Origin: an uncultured Alphaproteobacteria bacterium
GTDB taxonomy: Bacteria; Pseudomonadota; Alphaproteobacteria; UBA7985; CAJQQZ01
Direction: 5' to 3'
Length of the DNA stretch: 35,897 nt
Assembly (NCBI GenBank): GCA_905480445.1
Contig: CAJQQJ010000413.1
Location: 1 to 35,897 of the forward strand
Shown here: piece by piece, positions 9,188 to 18,323 of the stretch
Layout: every line of letters begins with the position of its first letter
Position numbering within the stretch: the stretch's first letter is position 1
Made by a program: the position numbers and the translations under genes
Notes under the pieces: generated by a model
What the model was told of the DNA's origin: nothing
Databases searched by the model: none
Seen by the model: the letters and a program-made list of their open reading frames with translations, nothing else

Positions 9188-10318
9188 ATGCGCGAATGTG
9201 ATTTTCTTGTGATTGGCGCTGGGATTGCCGGAACCTCCTGCGCCCATTGGCTTGCAGGTGATGCTAAGGTTATCGTTTTAGACATGGAAAGCCGTCCTGG
9301 TTATCATACCACCGGGCGCTCCGTCGCTATGTACACCGAGGCCTATGGTCCCCGCACTGTTCGTGCCTTGGCCAAGTCGGGTTATGATTTTCTCACCAAA
9401 CCACCCGAAGGTTTTTCTGACGTGCCGTTGAGCGAACAAAGCGCATTCCTCTTCGTTGCACGGGAAGATCAATTGAGCTCGCTAGACACGGCACTGGCAG
9501 CCGTTCAGGAGCTATCACCCCAGATCGCTATGATTGATCCTGATGAGGCCGTTGAGCGCGTGCCAGTGTTACGAAGAGACTATTTGGCTGGCGCTTTTTT
9601 AGATCCATACGCCATGAAGTTAGACGTGGACGCCATTCACCAAGGTTACATCAAAGGTCTTAACAACAATGGTGGAGAAATAGTTTGTGACGCTGCTGTT
9701 ACAGGCATGGAACGCCGTGCAGGAAAATGGCACCTGCAGACCAGACAAGGCACGTTCGTGGCGCCTGTCGTAATTAGCGCTGCCGGAGCCTGGGTCGACG
9801 AAGTCGCGGACCTTGCCAACACAAAACGCATAGGCATTATACCCAAACGACGAACAGTGATCTCCTTTACACCGCCAGATGTAACATTGGATAGCGACTG
9901 GCCTTTTGTGATCGACTGCGAAGAGGGTTTCTTTTTCAAAGTCGAAGCCGGAGCGATCTTAGGCTCACCATCGAACCAAGATCCAACCTACCCACAAGAC
10001 GTGCAACCAGAAGAACTCGATATCGCCATTGCCATCGACCGTCTGCAAACGGCAACCACAATGAAAGTTCCCCGTCTCAATCGTTCCTGGGCAGGCCTCA
10101 GGTCCTTTGTCGCCGATGGCAATCCAGTCGTGGGTTATGCCGAAGACGTTGACGGCTTCTTCTGGTGCGCTGGCCAAGGCGGCTACGGCATAGAAACATC
10201 AATCGGAATGGGCCGGTCCTGCGCTGCACTTATACATGGACAAGACCTACCGGAGGATATTAGAGCGTTGGGTGTTAGGGCAAAAGAACTCAGTCCTTCC
10301 CGCATTGGATCGCCCTAA
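9188..10318 (+). CDS. FAD-dependent oxidoreductase (DAO family, D-arginine dehydrogenase DauA-like)
   Basis: 376 aa with the N-terminal dinucleotide fold DFLVIGAGIAGTSCAHWL and GYHTTGRSVAMYTEAYGP, which is typical of the DauA-like subgroup. GGAAGAGGA lies upstream of the ATG. Confidence 0.82.
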   Translation: MRECDFLVIGAGIAGTSCAHWLAGDAKVIVLDMESRPGYHTTGRSVAMYTEAYGPRTVRALAKSGYDFLTKPPEGFSDVPLSEQSAFLFVAREDQLSSLDTALAAVQELSPQIAMIDPDEAVERVPVLRRDYLAGAFLDPYAMKLDVDAIHQGYIKGLNNNGGEIVCDAAVTGMERRAGKWHLQTRQGTFVAPVVISAAGAWVDEVADLANTKRIGIIPKRRTVISFTPPDVTLDSDWPFVIDCEEGFFFKVEAGAILGSPSNQDPTYPQDVQPEELDIAIAIDRLQTATTMKVPRLNRSWAGLRSFVADGNPVVGYAEDVDGFFWCAGQGGYGIETSIGMGRSCAALIHGQDLPEDIRALGVRAKELSPSRIGSP

Positions 10319-11256
10319 CTCAACAAAAAATTCTTCATCTCGTTTGCCACTTGTTCGGGCTTTAGATGAATGATCCAGTGATCAGCGTTTGGCACTTCTA
10401 CGACGTGAAGGTCGGCGGCGAATTGATCCAGACCTGCTCGGCAGACCGGTAGCAATGCCGGATCATCCATGCCCCAAATCACCAAGTGAGGCATGGTCAC
10501 TTTGAACTTTTCTGGATCAACATCTAACAACCAAGCCATGGGGTTCGGATCCTCCTTTGTTGGTACCGCAAGCGGCGAGGCTCTGTACCAATTCAACATG
10601 GCGTTCATGGCACCGGGTTGGGACCAAGTGGTTAGATAGCTTTCGCGCTCTTTGGGCGTCAGCCACTTCGTTGCAGAAAGTTTCTCGAGCATACCAAAGG
10701 TCTTCTCAAAGCCATTCGCTGACATGAGTTGTTCTGCATCATCCGCCCGAAGTCGCAACATATACTGGCTGGCCTTTGCCTGAGCCGGATCCGTGCTCAA
10801 TGCCCTTTGGAAAGTCACGGGATGAACACCGTTGATAATCACAAGCTTGTCAACGAGACTTGGGTGCCCGATTGCCAAAGCATAGGCCACGGCTGCACCC
10901 CAATCATGACCGGCCAGATTGAAAGCTTGACCAGGCAGCAGCCTGTCCATCAAACCAATCATGTCCTTGGATAGTTTGGATGCTTGATAAGCCTCGAGCT
11001 CCTGAGGTTTGGAACTGAGATTGTAGCCACGTTGATCTGGCATAATCATCAGGAAGTGTTCACTGAGATAAGGAACCAAGGGCTTCCATGCCGCCCAGTA
11101 TTCTGGGAACCCGTGGAGCATCAGGAGAGCTGGTTTCCCTTTTGCGTCAATTGTTCCCTCGTCATTTGTCGGCCCACCGTTGTGAACAACGTGAATAGTG
11201 ACATCGCCAACAGGGACTAAGCTTGATTGAAAATCATCAGGGGCGAATTCAGACAA
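10315..11256 (-). CDS. Alpha/beta hydrolase, epoxide hydrolase/haloalkane dehalogenase-like
   Basis: 313 aa with the HGFPE oxyanion motif, GHDWGA (Asp nucleophile elbow) and a C-terminal ADHW catalytic His region. Its stop overlaps the convergent gene's stop in CTAA. Confidence 0.85.
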   Translation of the reverse strand: MSEFAPDDFQSSLVPVGDVTIHVVHNGGPTNDEGTIDAKGKPALLMLHGFPEYWAAWKPLVPYLSEHFLMIMPDQRGYNLSSKPQELEAYQASKLSKDMIGLMDRLLPGQAFNLAGHDWGAAVAYALAIGHPSLVDKLVIINGVHPVTFQRALSTDPAQAKASQYMLRLRADDAEQLMSANGFEKTFGMLEKLSATKWLTPKERESYLTTWSQPGAMNAMLNWYRASPLAVPTKEDPNPMAWLLDVDPEKFKVTMPHLVIWGMDDPALLPVCRAGLDQFAADLHVVEVPNADHWIIHLKPEQVANEMKNFLLS

Positions 11257-11409
11257 AGTGTTTCCTTGGTTTAGAGTTGCGTGAGACAGATGTTGGAAAA
11301 GCTAGTCTTTTCGCCCCGTTCTTCAAACTCAATCTGACGCCAGCATCGCATTTCATCCACATTTACTCGGTAAGGTTAGATCATGGTGTCGTTCAAGGAG
11401 GAAATTAAT

Positions 11410-12057
11410 ATGCCCAATCAATCAGTGATCCGTAAAGCCGGGTTTTCAACCGCGATCATTTCGGCTGCCGTCGGCGTCCTGTTTGCAGTTTCTTCGTCTT
11501 CGGCTTGGGCCTGTGCTTGCTGCTCTGAACATGGTGAGCGCAATATTTCTGTCACACCAATTGAGGATTATAATCAGGACCTCCTGTCTGAAATTACCTT
11601 CGCTCCTCAAGCCAACTTGTATTCGACTGCTGCTGATTGGGAAGAGGCTATCAGAGGCATCAACAACCCTGGACAGTCCTACGATTACAAAGTGAGTGTC
11701 CGTCAGAATGGTACTAAGTGGGTCTTCACTCTTAACGATGGTCAAGGAAACCAGGGTAAGTTGACCCTGTCCTCAACCAACCGTCTGCGCCAGTTTGCTA
11801 TCGACACAAAACCTGAAATTTCGACCTCTGATTCCTATCAGCCCGTCGAACTTTACAAAGAGCTCGGGGTCTTTGGCCCTGTGAGCGGGAATGGCATCTT
11901 CGCGATTAACAAAAACAATCCACCGCGCGGTAATCTTACTTTTCATGGGCGGGGTAACTCTTGTCATGACGTCAGCCAATTCACCAATTGGACTTTGGAC
12001 GTGAAAGGACCCGAGACAAGATTTCGTTTCTTCGGCAAGCTTTCTTCAGATTACTAA
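11410..12057 (+). CDS. Hypothetical secreted protein (the predicted mature N-terminus starts CACCSEHGE)
   Basis: Start moved to ATG 11410, preceded by GGAGGA. It has a signal-peptide-like N-terminus (FSTAIISAAVGVLFAVSSSSAWA). No family was recognised. Confidence 0.6.
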   Translation: MPNQSVIRKAGFSTAIISAAVGVLFAVSSSSAWACACCSEHGERNISVTPIEDYNQDLLSEITFAPQANLYSTAADWEEAIRGINNPGQSYDYKVSVRQNGTKWVFTLNDGQGNQGKLTLSSTNRLRQFAIDTKPEISTSDSYQPVELYKELGVFGPVSGNGIFAINKNNPPRGNLTFHGRGNSCHDVSQFTNWTLDVKGPETRFRFFGKLSSDY

Positions 12058-12068
12058 CCTGAAAGTAA

Positions 12069-12968
12069 CTAAGCGCGCTCTTTGGCAGAGAGTAGCCATA
12101 GTTTAAGCTTAGCAGCACCTCGGCTGAGGCTACGCGCGGGAGGATGGGTTAGGTAGTAAGCTTGCAGTCCCTTCACCTTTGGCAGGTTCTCACAAACCAC
12201 GAGACCTAGAGCCGCAAGCAGGCCGTCACTGGCGGGAGAGCGTGCCAGAGCCAAACCATGCCCTTCTGCCGCCATCATCAGTGCCACCGGCGTTGAATCA
12301 ACAGTCGCTATCTTCAGCTTATCTAAAGAAAATTCCTGCTGCCCCTCCAGTATTTGATGCCAACCAACCTGGTGGCTTGCTATTTGATACACAGGCTTCG
12401 ACGCTACATCAGCAAATGATTTGACGGACCTGGAGACTTCTTCTCGGGCAACCACAGAAACTTCTTCGCCAAAAAGACAGGCCGCATCTTGGGCAAAATC
12501 AGACGGCGATCCAAAGACAACAAGCAAGTCCGGATCCCAGCCAGGTAGATCACTGGTTTGCTGTGCCCAGACCTGCGGCGTCACAACGTTGACGCGGCAA
12601 TTCGGATGGGCAGCCTCAAACTCTGCAACAACTTTCGGCAACCAACCCATGGCAAGCAAATGGTCCGTCTGCAACGTAATGTGCTCGATCTCATCACTGC
12701 CAAAAATAGCGGCCGCCGTGGTTTCAATAGACGAAAGCGATTGATGCACGGTTGGCAAGAATGCCCGCCCTGAATCCGTCAGACGAACTCGTTTTGCCTC
12801 GCGTAGAAAAAGGTTCTTGCCGAGATAGCCTTCTAACGCTCTCACCTGCTGGCTAATGGCAGAGGCTGACATGTTCAGCTCTTCGGCCGCACGTGCGAAA
12901 GATTCCGTGCGCGCAGCAACCGCAAAAACCCGCAACCAGTTTAGCGAAGGTATACGCTTCTTAGGCAT
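12069..12968 (-). CDS. LysR family transcriptional regulator (GcvA-like)
   Basis: 299 aa with an N-terminal wHTH (LNWLRVFAVAARTESFARAAEELNMSASAISQQVRALE) followed by a LysR effector-binding domain. Confidence 0.9.
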   Translation of the reverse strand: MPKKRIPSLNWLRVFAVAARTESFARAAEELNMSASAISQQVRALEGYLGKNLFLREAKRVRLTDSGRAFLPTVHQSLSSIETTAAAIFGSDEIEHITLQTDHLLAMGWLPKVVAEFEAAHPNCRVNVVTPQVWAQQTSDLPGWDPDLLVVFGSPSDFAQDAACLFGEEVSVVAREEVSRSVKSFADVASKPVYQIASHQVGWHQILEGQQEFSLDKLKIATVDSTPVALMMAAEGHGLALARSPASDGLLAALGLVVCENLPKVKGLQAYYLTHPPARSLSRGAAKLKLWLLSAKERA

Positions 12969-12995
12969 TTCGACCTCATTCTGGCTTGTCGTTTC

Positions 12996-13028
12996 AGTTT
13001 TAGCCTAAGTACAACTTGCCCTAAAACT
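12996..13028. promoter_or_regulatory. 8-bp inverted repeat upstream of the LysR gene (possible operator, or a weak terminator of the cupin gene)
   Basis: AGTTTTAG (12996-13003) and CTAAAACT (13021-13028) are separated by 17 nt and lie 28-60 bp upstream of the LysR start codon. Confidence 0.25.
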
Positions 13029-13048
13029 CAAGGAGAAAAGACTGAGTG

Positions 13049-13450
13049 CTACTCCGCATAATCAACCATTGCGAAATACTTCTTCATGGGCTCCGTTTGC
13101 CGCCAAATTCCTGTGAAGCCTTTAGGCATAAAAAAAACATCTCCGGTTTCGAAACGTTCCTCACTGCCATCATCGTCAATGATGAGGCACGAGCCCTCAA
13201 GTACCACCATGAACTCGTCTTTGTCATAGTCGACAATTTTTTCGGCGTAGGCCGTGCTTTCCCAAATGCCAATTCGGACCTTTCCTGGGGCATTTCGCAT
13301 CTGCGCAAAGAATAGAGTTGATCGCTCTTTGGGGTCACCTTCGATGATACCAGCATGGGTCACGGCGGTCCAAGACGCAGAAGTATTGTTGACAGAACCT
13401 TCTCCGCCTAATCGAACTACTTTGGTTGACTGTGAGGTCATTGACTGCAT
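13049..13450 (-). CDS. Cupin domain protein (DUF861/cupin_3-like)
   Basis: 133 aa. The C-terminal half (DEFMVVLEGSCLIIDDDGSEERFETGDVFFMPKGFTGIW) matches the small single-domain cupin pattern. Confidence 0.72.
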   Translation of the reverse strand: MQSMTSQSTKVVRLGGEGSVNNTSASWTAVTHAGIIEGDPKERSTLFFAQMRNAPGKVRIGIWESTAYAEKIVDYDKDEFMVVLEGSCLIIDDDGSEERFETGDVFFMPKGFTGIWRQTEPMKKYFAMVDYAE

Positions 13451-13567
13451 CCTAGTGGCTTGAAGGGCGATCTCGTCCGAAAGTGAAGCAAAAAGATCGG
13501 GCTTTGGATAGTATTGAAATCATTTTTCTCTTCTAATAGGTTGTCAGAGAGCGGAGAAACTAAACGC

Positions 13568-14977
13568 ATGCATCAAACACACTACGACATGATTGTGATT
13601 GGCAGTGGTCCGGCGGGTCGCCGCGCTGCTATCCAGGCTGCAAAGATCGGCAAAGAAGTCTTGGTTGTAGAGAAGGGCCGCCAAGTCGGCGGTGTCTCTG
13701 TTCATACCGGCACCATTCCATCGAAAACATTGCGTGAAACTGTCCTCAATCTTTCTGGCTGGCGTGAACGTGGCTTCTACGGTCGTGCCTACCGGGTCAA
13801 ACAAGACATAGATGCGGGTGATCTTCGCGAAAGACTGCAGAAAACCCTGGAACACGAAGTAGAGGTTCTTGAGCATCAGTTCACGCGTAACGGTGTCACC
13901 ACTCTATGCGGGACAGCTCATTTCATTGGTGAAAATGAGATCGAAGTTAATGAGGCCGAAGGTGTTACCTCGCACTATACTGCTGATCGCTTTCTGATTT
14001 GCGTCGGCACAAAACCCTTCCGCCCAGATTACATGCCTTTCGATGGGGAGCGGGTTCTGGACAGTGACGAGGTCCTTGATGTCAAACACTTGCCGCGCAG
14101 TCTTGTGGTCATTGGCGCAGGTGTTATCGGCGTTGAATATGCGACGATCTTTTCAGCACTCGATGTCAAGGTCACCTTGATCGAACCGCGCAATACTTTC
14201 CTCGATTTCGTTGACCGCGAAGTGCTCCAAGAATTCACTCACGATCTGAGAGATCGCGGCATGTCGATCCGGCTTGATTGCACTGTTGAAAATGTCGAAG
14301 TGAAGGGAACTTCTGTTCATCTCTCGCTCAGTGATAAGAGGGTTGTTGTTGCCGACATGGTGCTTTTTGCCGCCGGTCGCATTGGCGCAACAGATAGCCT
14401 AAATCTGAAAGCCGTCGGCTTGGAAGTTGATCACCGTGGGCGTTTAAAAGTAGATCCTAAGACCTTTCAAACTGAGAAGGACCATATCTACGCTGCTGGT
14501 GACATCATCGGTTTCCCAAGCCTTGCGTCTACGTCACTTGAACAAGGTCGGGTGGCCGCCTGTCATGCCTTTGGTGCGCCCGTGCCCAAAGCACCCGCTT
14601 ACTTCCCTATCGGGATTTATGCCGTGCCGGAGATTTCCACCTCAGGCATGTCTGAAGAGGAAGTCCGCGAACGTGGCATAGGCTATGAGGTTGGCATCGC
14701 TCGTTTTCGCGAAACCTCACGAGGGCACATCATGGGCCTCAATACCGGCATGATGAAACTAATCTTCTCGCTCAAAACCAGGCGTCTGTTAGGCGTTCAT
14801 ATCCTGGGTGAAGGCGCGACCGAGCTCATTCACATCGGGCAAGCCGTGCTCAATCTCAAAGGCACGATCGAGTACTTTGTCGAGAACACCTTCAACTATC
14901 CAACCCTTGCAGAAGCTTACAAGATTGCAGCACTCGACGCTTGGAATCGTATGCCGGTGTTTGAGGAAGAAGACTAA
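13568..14977 (+). CDS. sthA: Soluble pyridine nucleotide transhydrogenase (Si-specific NAD(P)+ transhydrogenase)
   Basis: Start placed at ATG 13568 (MHQTHYDMIVIGSGPAGRRAA, preceded by GGAGAA). It carries the GTIPSKTLRE motif and flavoprotein disulfide-reductase architecture with a second GxGxxG (VIGAGVIGVEYA), and its length of 469 aa fits SthA. Confidence 0.86.
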   Translation: MHQTHYDMIVIGSGPAGRRAAIQAAKIGKEVLVVEKGRQVGGVSVHTGTIPSKTLRETVLNLSGWRERGFYGRAYRVKQDIDAGDLRERLQKTLEHEVEVLEHQFTRNGVTTLCGTAHFIGENEIEVNEAEGVTSHYTADRFLICVGTKPFRPDYMPFDGERVLDSDEVLDVKHLPRSLVVIGAGVIGVEYATIFSALDVKVTLIEPRNTFLDFVDREVLQEFTHDLRDRGMSIRLDCTVENVEVKGTSVHLSLSDKRVVVADMVLFAAGRIGATDSLNLKAVGLEVDHRGRLKVDPKTFQTEKDHIYAAGDIIGFPSLASTSLEQGRVAACHAFGAPVPKAPAYFPIGIYAVPEISTSGMSEEEVRERGIGYEVGIARFRETSRGHIMGLNTGMMKLIFSLKTRRLLGVHILGEGATELIHIGQAVLNLKGTIEYFVENTFNYPTLAEAYKIAALDAWNRMPVFEEED

Positions 14978-16005
14978 CCTCCTTCGAAGCCAGACAAAAA
15001 GTTCACTGTGTTGACACCGATATCGTCAATGGCATAGCCGCCTTCCATAACGATCAAGGTAGGCTTAGCGAGCTTTGCTATGTCTTGCGCCATCACTGTA
15101 AAGTCATCATGATCCAGCTTAAAGAATGAGATTGGATCTTCCTTGTAGGTATCAGTACCCAGCGAAACGACAAGAGCGTCTGGCCCAAAAGCTTCTATAC
15201 GTTTGATCGCATCACTGAGGCCCGTTCGCCATTCCACGAAACCTGTTCCTGGAGCAAAAGGATAGTTCTGATTAAAACCATCACCAGCACCCGATCCCGT
15301 TTCGTCTGCATACCCTAAGAAATGGGGGAAAGCATCCATTGGATCGCCATGAAGAGAGGCAAAGAAAACGTCATCTCGACTATAGAAAATATCTTGCGTT
15401 CCGTTGCCATGATGGAAGTCGACATCGAGAACAGCGACTTTCTTCGCTCCTTGATCTCGCAAAGACTGCGCTGCTACAGCGGCATTGTTGATAAAGCAGT
15501 AGCCCCCAAACATGTCGACCGCAGCATGGTGACCAGGTGGTCGGCAAAGAGAAAAGGCTATTTGTTCAGCGCCTGACCCAATCAATTTAGCGCCTGTTAG
15601 GGCGACATCCTTGGAGGACAAAGCCGCTTCCCAAGTTCCAGGAGAAATCGAGGTCTCAGTCGCCAAAGAGTAGTAGCCAAGCTTGCCTTCGACAAAAGTT
15701 GGGATCTTGTTACTCATGCGTCGTGCGGGCCAACAAGTCGGAATGGCTTCCCCTTTGTAGCCTGTGGCGAGCCATTCTTCCCAGACGCTTGACATAAACT
15801 CAATGTAATCTGCATCGTGAATACGCAGAACCTCATCCATACCGAAAGCCCCGGGCTCGATAACTTCGCCGTAAGACCGCACATCGATTTGTTTCAGGAT
15901 CAAGTCCATCCTAGACGGACGTTCAAACGGCTCGACCAGCTCTCCTCCAAACAATTCTGTCTTGGCATCACGAAGGCGGTGTTTTTCGCTGTAAACTATT
16001 TTCAT
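14974..16005 (-). CDS. Histone deacetylase-family amidohydrolase (acetylpolyamine amidohydrolase-like)
   Basis: 343 aa with an APAH-like N-terminus MKIVYSEKHRLRDAKTELFGGELVEPFE, RPPGHHA and the DVDFHHGNGTQ zinc/active-site motifs. Confidence 0.87.
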   Translation of the reverse strand: MKIVYSEKHRLRDAKTELFGGELVEPFERPSRMDLILKQIDVRSYGEVIEPGAFGMDEVLRIHDADYIEFMSSVWEEWLATGYKGEAIPTCWPARRMSNKIPTFVEGKLGYYSLATETSISPGTWEAALSSKDVALTGAKLIGSGAEQIAFSLCRPPGHHAAVDMFGGYCFINNAAVAAQSLRDQGAKKVAVLDVDFHHGNGTQDIFYSRDDVFFASLHGDPMDAFPHFLGYADETGSGAGDGFNQNYPFAPGTGFVEWRTGLSDAIKRIEAFGPDALVVSLGTDTYKEDPISFFKLDHDDFTVMAQDIAKLAKPTLIVMEGGYAIDDIGVNTVNFLSGFEGG

Positions 16006-16109
16006 GGTCAGGCTCCCTTTCAGACCAAACTAGCTAAGCAGATTTCCAAGTCAATGGGCTTCCCTTTTCTGACTGTGGGTTTTAGTAAGGTGCAAAGAAA
16101 GGTCTCTGT

Positions 16110-16607
16110 GTGCTCTATCTCAATCGATTGATCCTGATTAACGCTTTGTTAGTTCTTTTTGCTGCAATTATTCATGTTCAGCAAATGGGCTTTCTTGATT
16201 GTGAAACACCAAGTTCTTGTCAGGAGATGAAGTTAAGCGCGGATTTTGGCCTGACTGTTTTTGGTGCTCTCATGCTCCTGGGCTTCATTAACTGCTACCG
16301 GTCCGATTGGGCGAAACGCGACGTGATATTTTTGGGATTGGTCGCCGCTGCCACATTGTTCGCAGTGAAGAACTACTTAAGTGAACCATCCCTATTGCGC
16401 TACACGTCAAGCCCCTTAATCTATGTTGAGATCATCAGCGTGATCGGCGTGCTGGTCTCACTTGCGACGATTGTCGCCTGGCCTTGGCTCATCTACAAAA
16501 AGCGCTGGAAAGATTTGGGCGCTCATGCAGGCGCGATTGGCGTTGCCATTCTTTGTTTAGCCATAGCTCTCTATGTCGACACTTCGACTCTGCTTTACGC
16601 CACTTGA
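16110..16607 (+). CDS. Hypothetical multi-pass membrane protein
   Basis: 165 aa ORF with a GTG start and about 4-5 hydrophobic segments. No family was recognised and the start is uncertain. Its 3' end overlaps the convergent cyclase gene by 13 nt. Confidence 0.45.
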   Translation: MLYLNRLILINALLVLFAAIIHVQQMGFLDCETPSSCQEMKLSADFGLTVFGALMLLGFINCYRSDWAKRDVIFLGLVAAATLFAVKNYLSEPSLLRYTSSPLIYVEIISVIGVLVSLATIVAWPWLIYKKRWKDLGAHAGAIGVAILCLAIALYVDTSTLLYAT

Positions 16608-17647
16608 TCAAGATCAAGACTGAAAACCTTTAGCGGCTCTTCCAATCCTTTTACGAGATGCTCGCCTTTCTCACTAAGTGTTATCCCATCGGGCAGTGTC
16701 ACCATTTTCGTTGCGGCATCAGAAAGTAGAACATCGACATTTAGGTTCTTGCAAAGCGTCTCTAATCGGGCCGTTGTATTGAGGACCTCGCCTAAGTAGG
16801 TGATCTGTCTGCGATAGCCTCCATACTCGCCTGTGAAGACCTTGCCGCCGTGCAGCACTGCACGAAACTTGGGCGTGGTTTGATAGCGCTTAAGGTACCA
16901 GGCACTGCGCTTTTTTAACCTTGCCTGGCAGAGTACCAGAGCCTTAACAACTCGAGAGTTGCTTTGGTTTTGTTGGAGCGGCCAAGTGACAATGACGGCG
17001 TCTCCAACATAGGAATAGATTTCACCCTTACTTTCGAAAATGAAGGGGTCTATGTCCGCAATGAAGTCTGACAGAAAGGAATAGAAAGCCTTGTCCCCTA
17101 ATCGTTTTGCCAACGCAGTTGAGCCCACGACATCAATTAGGAGGAACAATCGCTCTTCCTCAACCGGACGATGGTAACGTCCTGTCAAAAGATTGATCAA
17201 CATTCGACCACCAATCAAGGTCCGCATCTGAATGAAGAACAACGCGAAAGCCAAGACTGAAAAGGCGATTAAGGTGTCAGACAAAAACCACCGTGTTCCG
17301 TAGCCACTTTCGCTGTTGCCAGTCAGCCACCCGGTCATTTGATACCCAAACAACAAGCCGCCAGTAATCAAGACCCAATGGGCCAATAGCCTGAAAAACA
17401 GCGTTTGATAAAAGGGTCGTTTGAATAGCCAGCGCCCCAATGGTCCTGCGATTAGGAATATTTCCAAGCCAGCACTCAAGCCTGCTATCAACAGCCCGGC
17501 CCTCACACCTGGGTAGTGCGCTATTTCAGCCGCACCACGTGCAGACGAGGTCATCTCTGTATAAAAGCGGCCAATGAGTGCCCCGATCACAATGCTCACG
17601 ATCCAGGTAATGATCTTATTCTTTTGTTTTTCGGTCAACTTGATCAT
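16595..17647 (-). CDS. Membrane-anchored class III adenylate/guanylate cyclase
   Basis: Start placed at ATG 17645-17647 (MIKLTEKQKNK). The N-terminal ~170 aa are hydrophobic (multiple TM helices). The C-terminal catalytic domain has LLIDVVGSTALAKRLGD, GDAVIVTW and GEVLNTTARLE. Confidence 0.85.
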   Translation of the reverse strand: MIKLTEKQKNKIITWIVSIVIGALIGRFYTEMTSSARGAAEIAHYPGVRAGLLIAGLSAGLEIFLIAGPLGRWLFKRPFYQTLFFRLLAHWVLITGGLLFGYQMTGWLTGNSESGYGTRWFLSDTLIAFSVLAFALFFIQMRTLIGGRMLINLLTGRYHRPVEEERLFLLIDVVGSTALAKRLGDKAFYSFLSDFIADIDPFIFESKGEIYSYVGDAVIVTWPLQQNQSNSRVVKALVLCQARLKKRSAWYLKRYQTTPKFRAVLHGGKVFTGEYGGYRRQITYLGEVLNTTARLETLCKNLNVDVLLSDAATKMVTLPDGITLSEKGEHLVKGLEEPLKVFSLDLDQVA

Positions 17648-17708
17648 GAAATAGACACTAATGCTCTCTCTATCTAAAGCAACTCCAAAAGGGACAGGAC
17701 AGAACAGT

Positions 17709-18323
17709 ATGCACAAGTCAAAGAACGTCGATCATATCGTCTTTGATATCGGAAACGTGTTGATCGATTGGGATTCTGAACGCCCTTTCAAACGTCTAAT
17801 TCCTGACGACGAGAAACGCGCCTTCTTCCTGAAGGAAATCTGCAATCAGGCTTGGAATACGGAGCAGGATCGTGGTCGGACTTGGCAGGAAGCAGAAGAG
17901 GCCTTGATCGTCGATTACCCCGATTGGGAAGAGCTCATCCGCGCATACCGCAAATATTGGATCGAAACGATTTCAGGGCCGGAACCAGGCGGCTTTGAAT
18001 TGAGGGATGAATTGAAAGCAAGCGGATACCATCTCACAGCTCTATCGAATTTTTCAGCTGATACTTTTGAAGAAGTTTCAGGCCATTACCCTGCGCTCCT
18101 CGACGTTGAAGGACTGACGATCTCAGGACGCGTTGGCCTGATCAAACCCGACGCAGAAATCTATCATTATCACGCGAAAACATTCGATTTAGATCCTGCC
18201 CGCACAGTCTTCATTGACGACAGTCCAGCCAATGTGTTGGCCGCAAGAGAACAAGGCTGGCAAGCTGTAGAGTTCGCTACAGCCGATCAAACCAGAGCAG
18301 AATTGGCAGATATTCTAAGCTAA
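17709..18323 (+). CDS. HAD-superfamily hydrolase (subfamily IA-like)
   Basis: Start placed at ATG 17709 (MHKSKNVDHIVFDIGNVLIDW, HAD motif I variant). It also has LSNFS (motif II-like) and FIDDSPANV (motif IV). Confidence 0.8.
   Translation: MHKSKNVDHIVFDIGNVLIDWDSERPFKRLIPDDEKRAFFLKEICNQAWNTEQDRGRTWQEAEEALIVDYPDWEELIRAYRKYWIETISGPEPGGFELRDELKASGYHLTALSNFSADTFEEVSGHYPALLDVEGLTISGRVGLIKPDAEIYHYHAKTFDLDPARTVFIDDSPANVLAAREQGWQAVEFATADQTRAELADILS

Noticed and set aside
16110-17647. Class III nucleotidyl cyclase next to a small membrane protein, considered as a Pycsar- or CBASS-like cyclic-nucleotide defence pair.
   Set aside because: The cyclase has an integral membrane sensor-like N-terminus typical of signalling cyclases. 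The neighbouring ORF is convergent, has no cNMP-binding, TIR or other effector domain, and its coding status is itself uncertain. The only cNMP-binding protein in the window (the Crp-family regulator) is about 10 kb away and is a DNA-binding regulator.
10315-18323. Four convergent gene pairs whose 3' ends overlap: 10315-10318 and 14974-14977 (both CTAA), 16595-16607 and 18315-18323.
   Set aside because: Overlapping convergent stops are common in compact bacterial genomes. The two CTAA cases are simply TAA read on one strand and TAG on the other. I could not see any additional structure or function.
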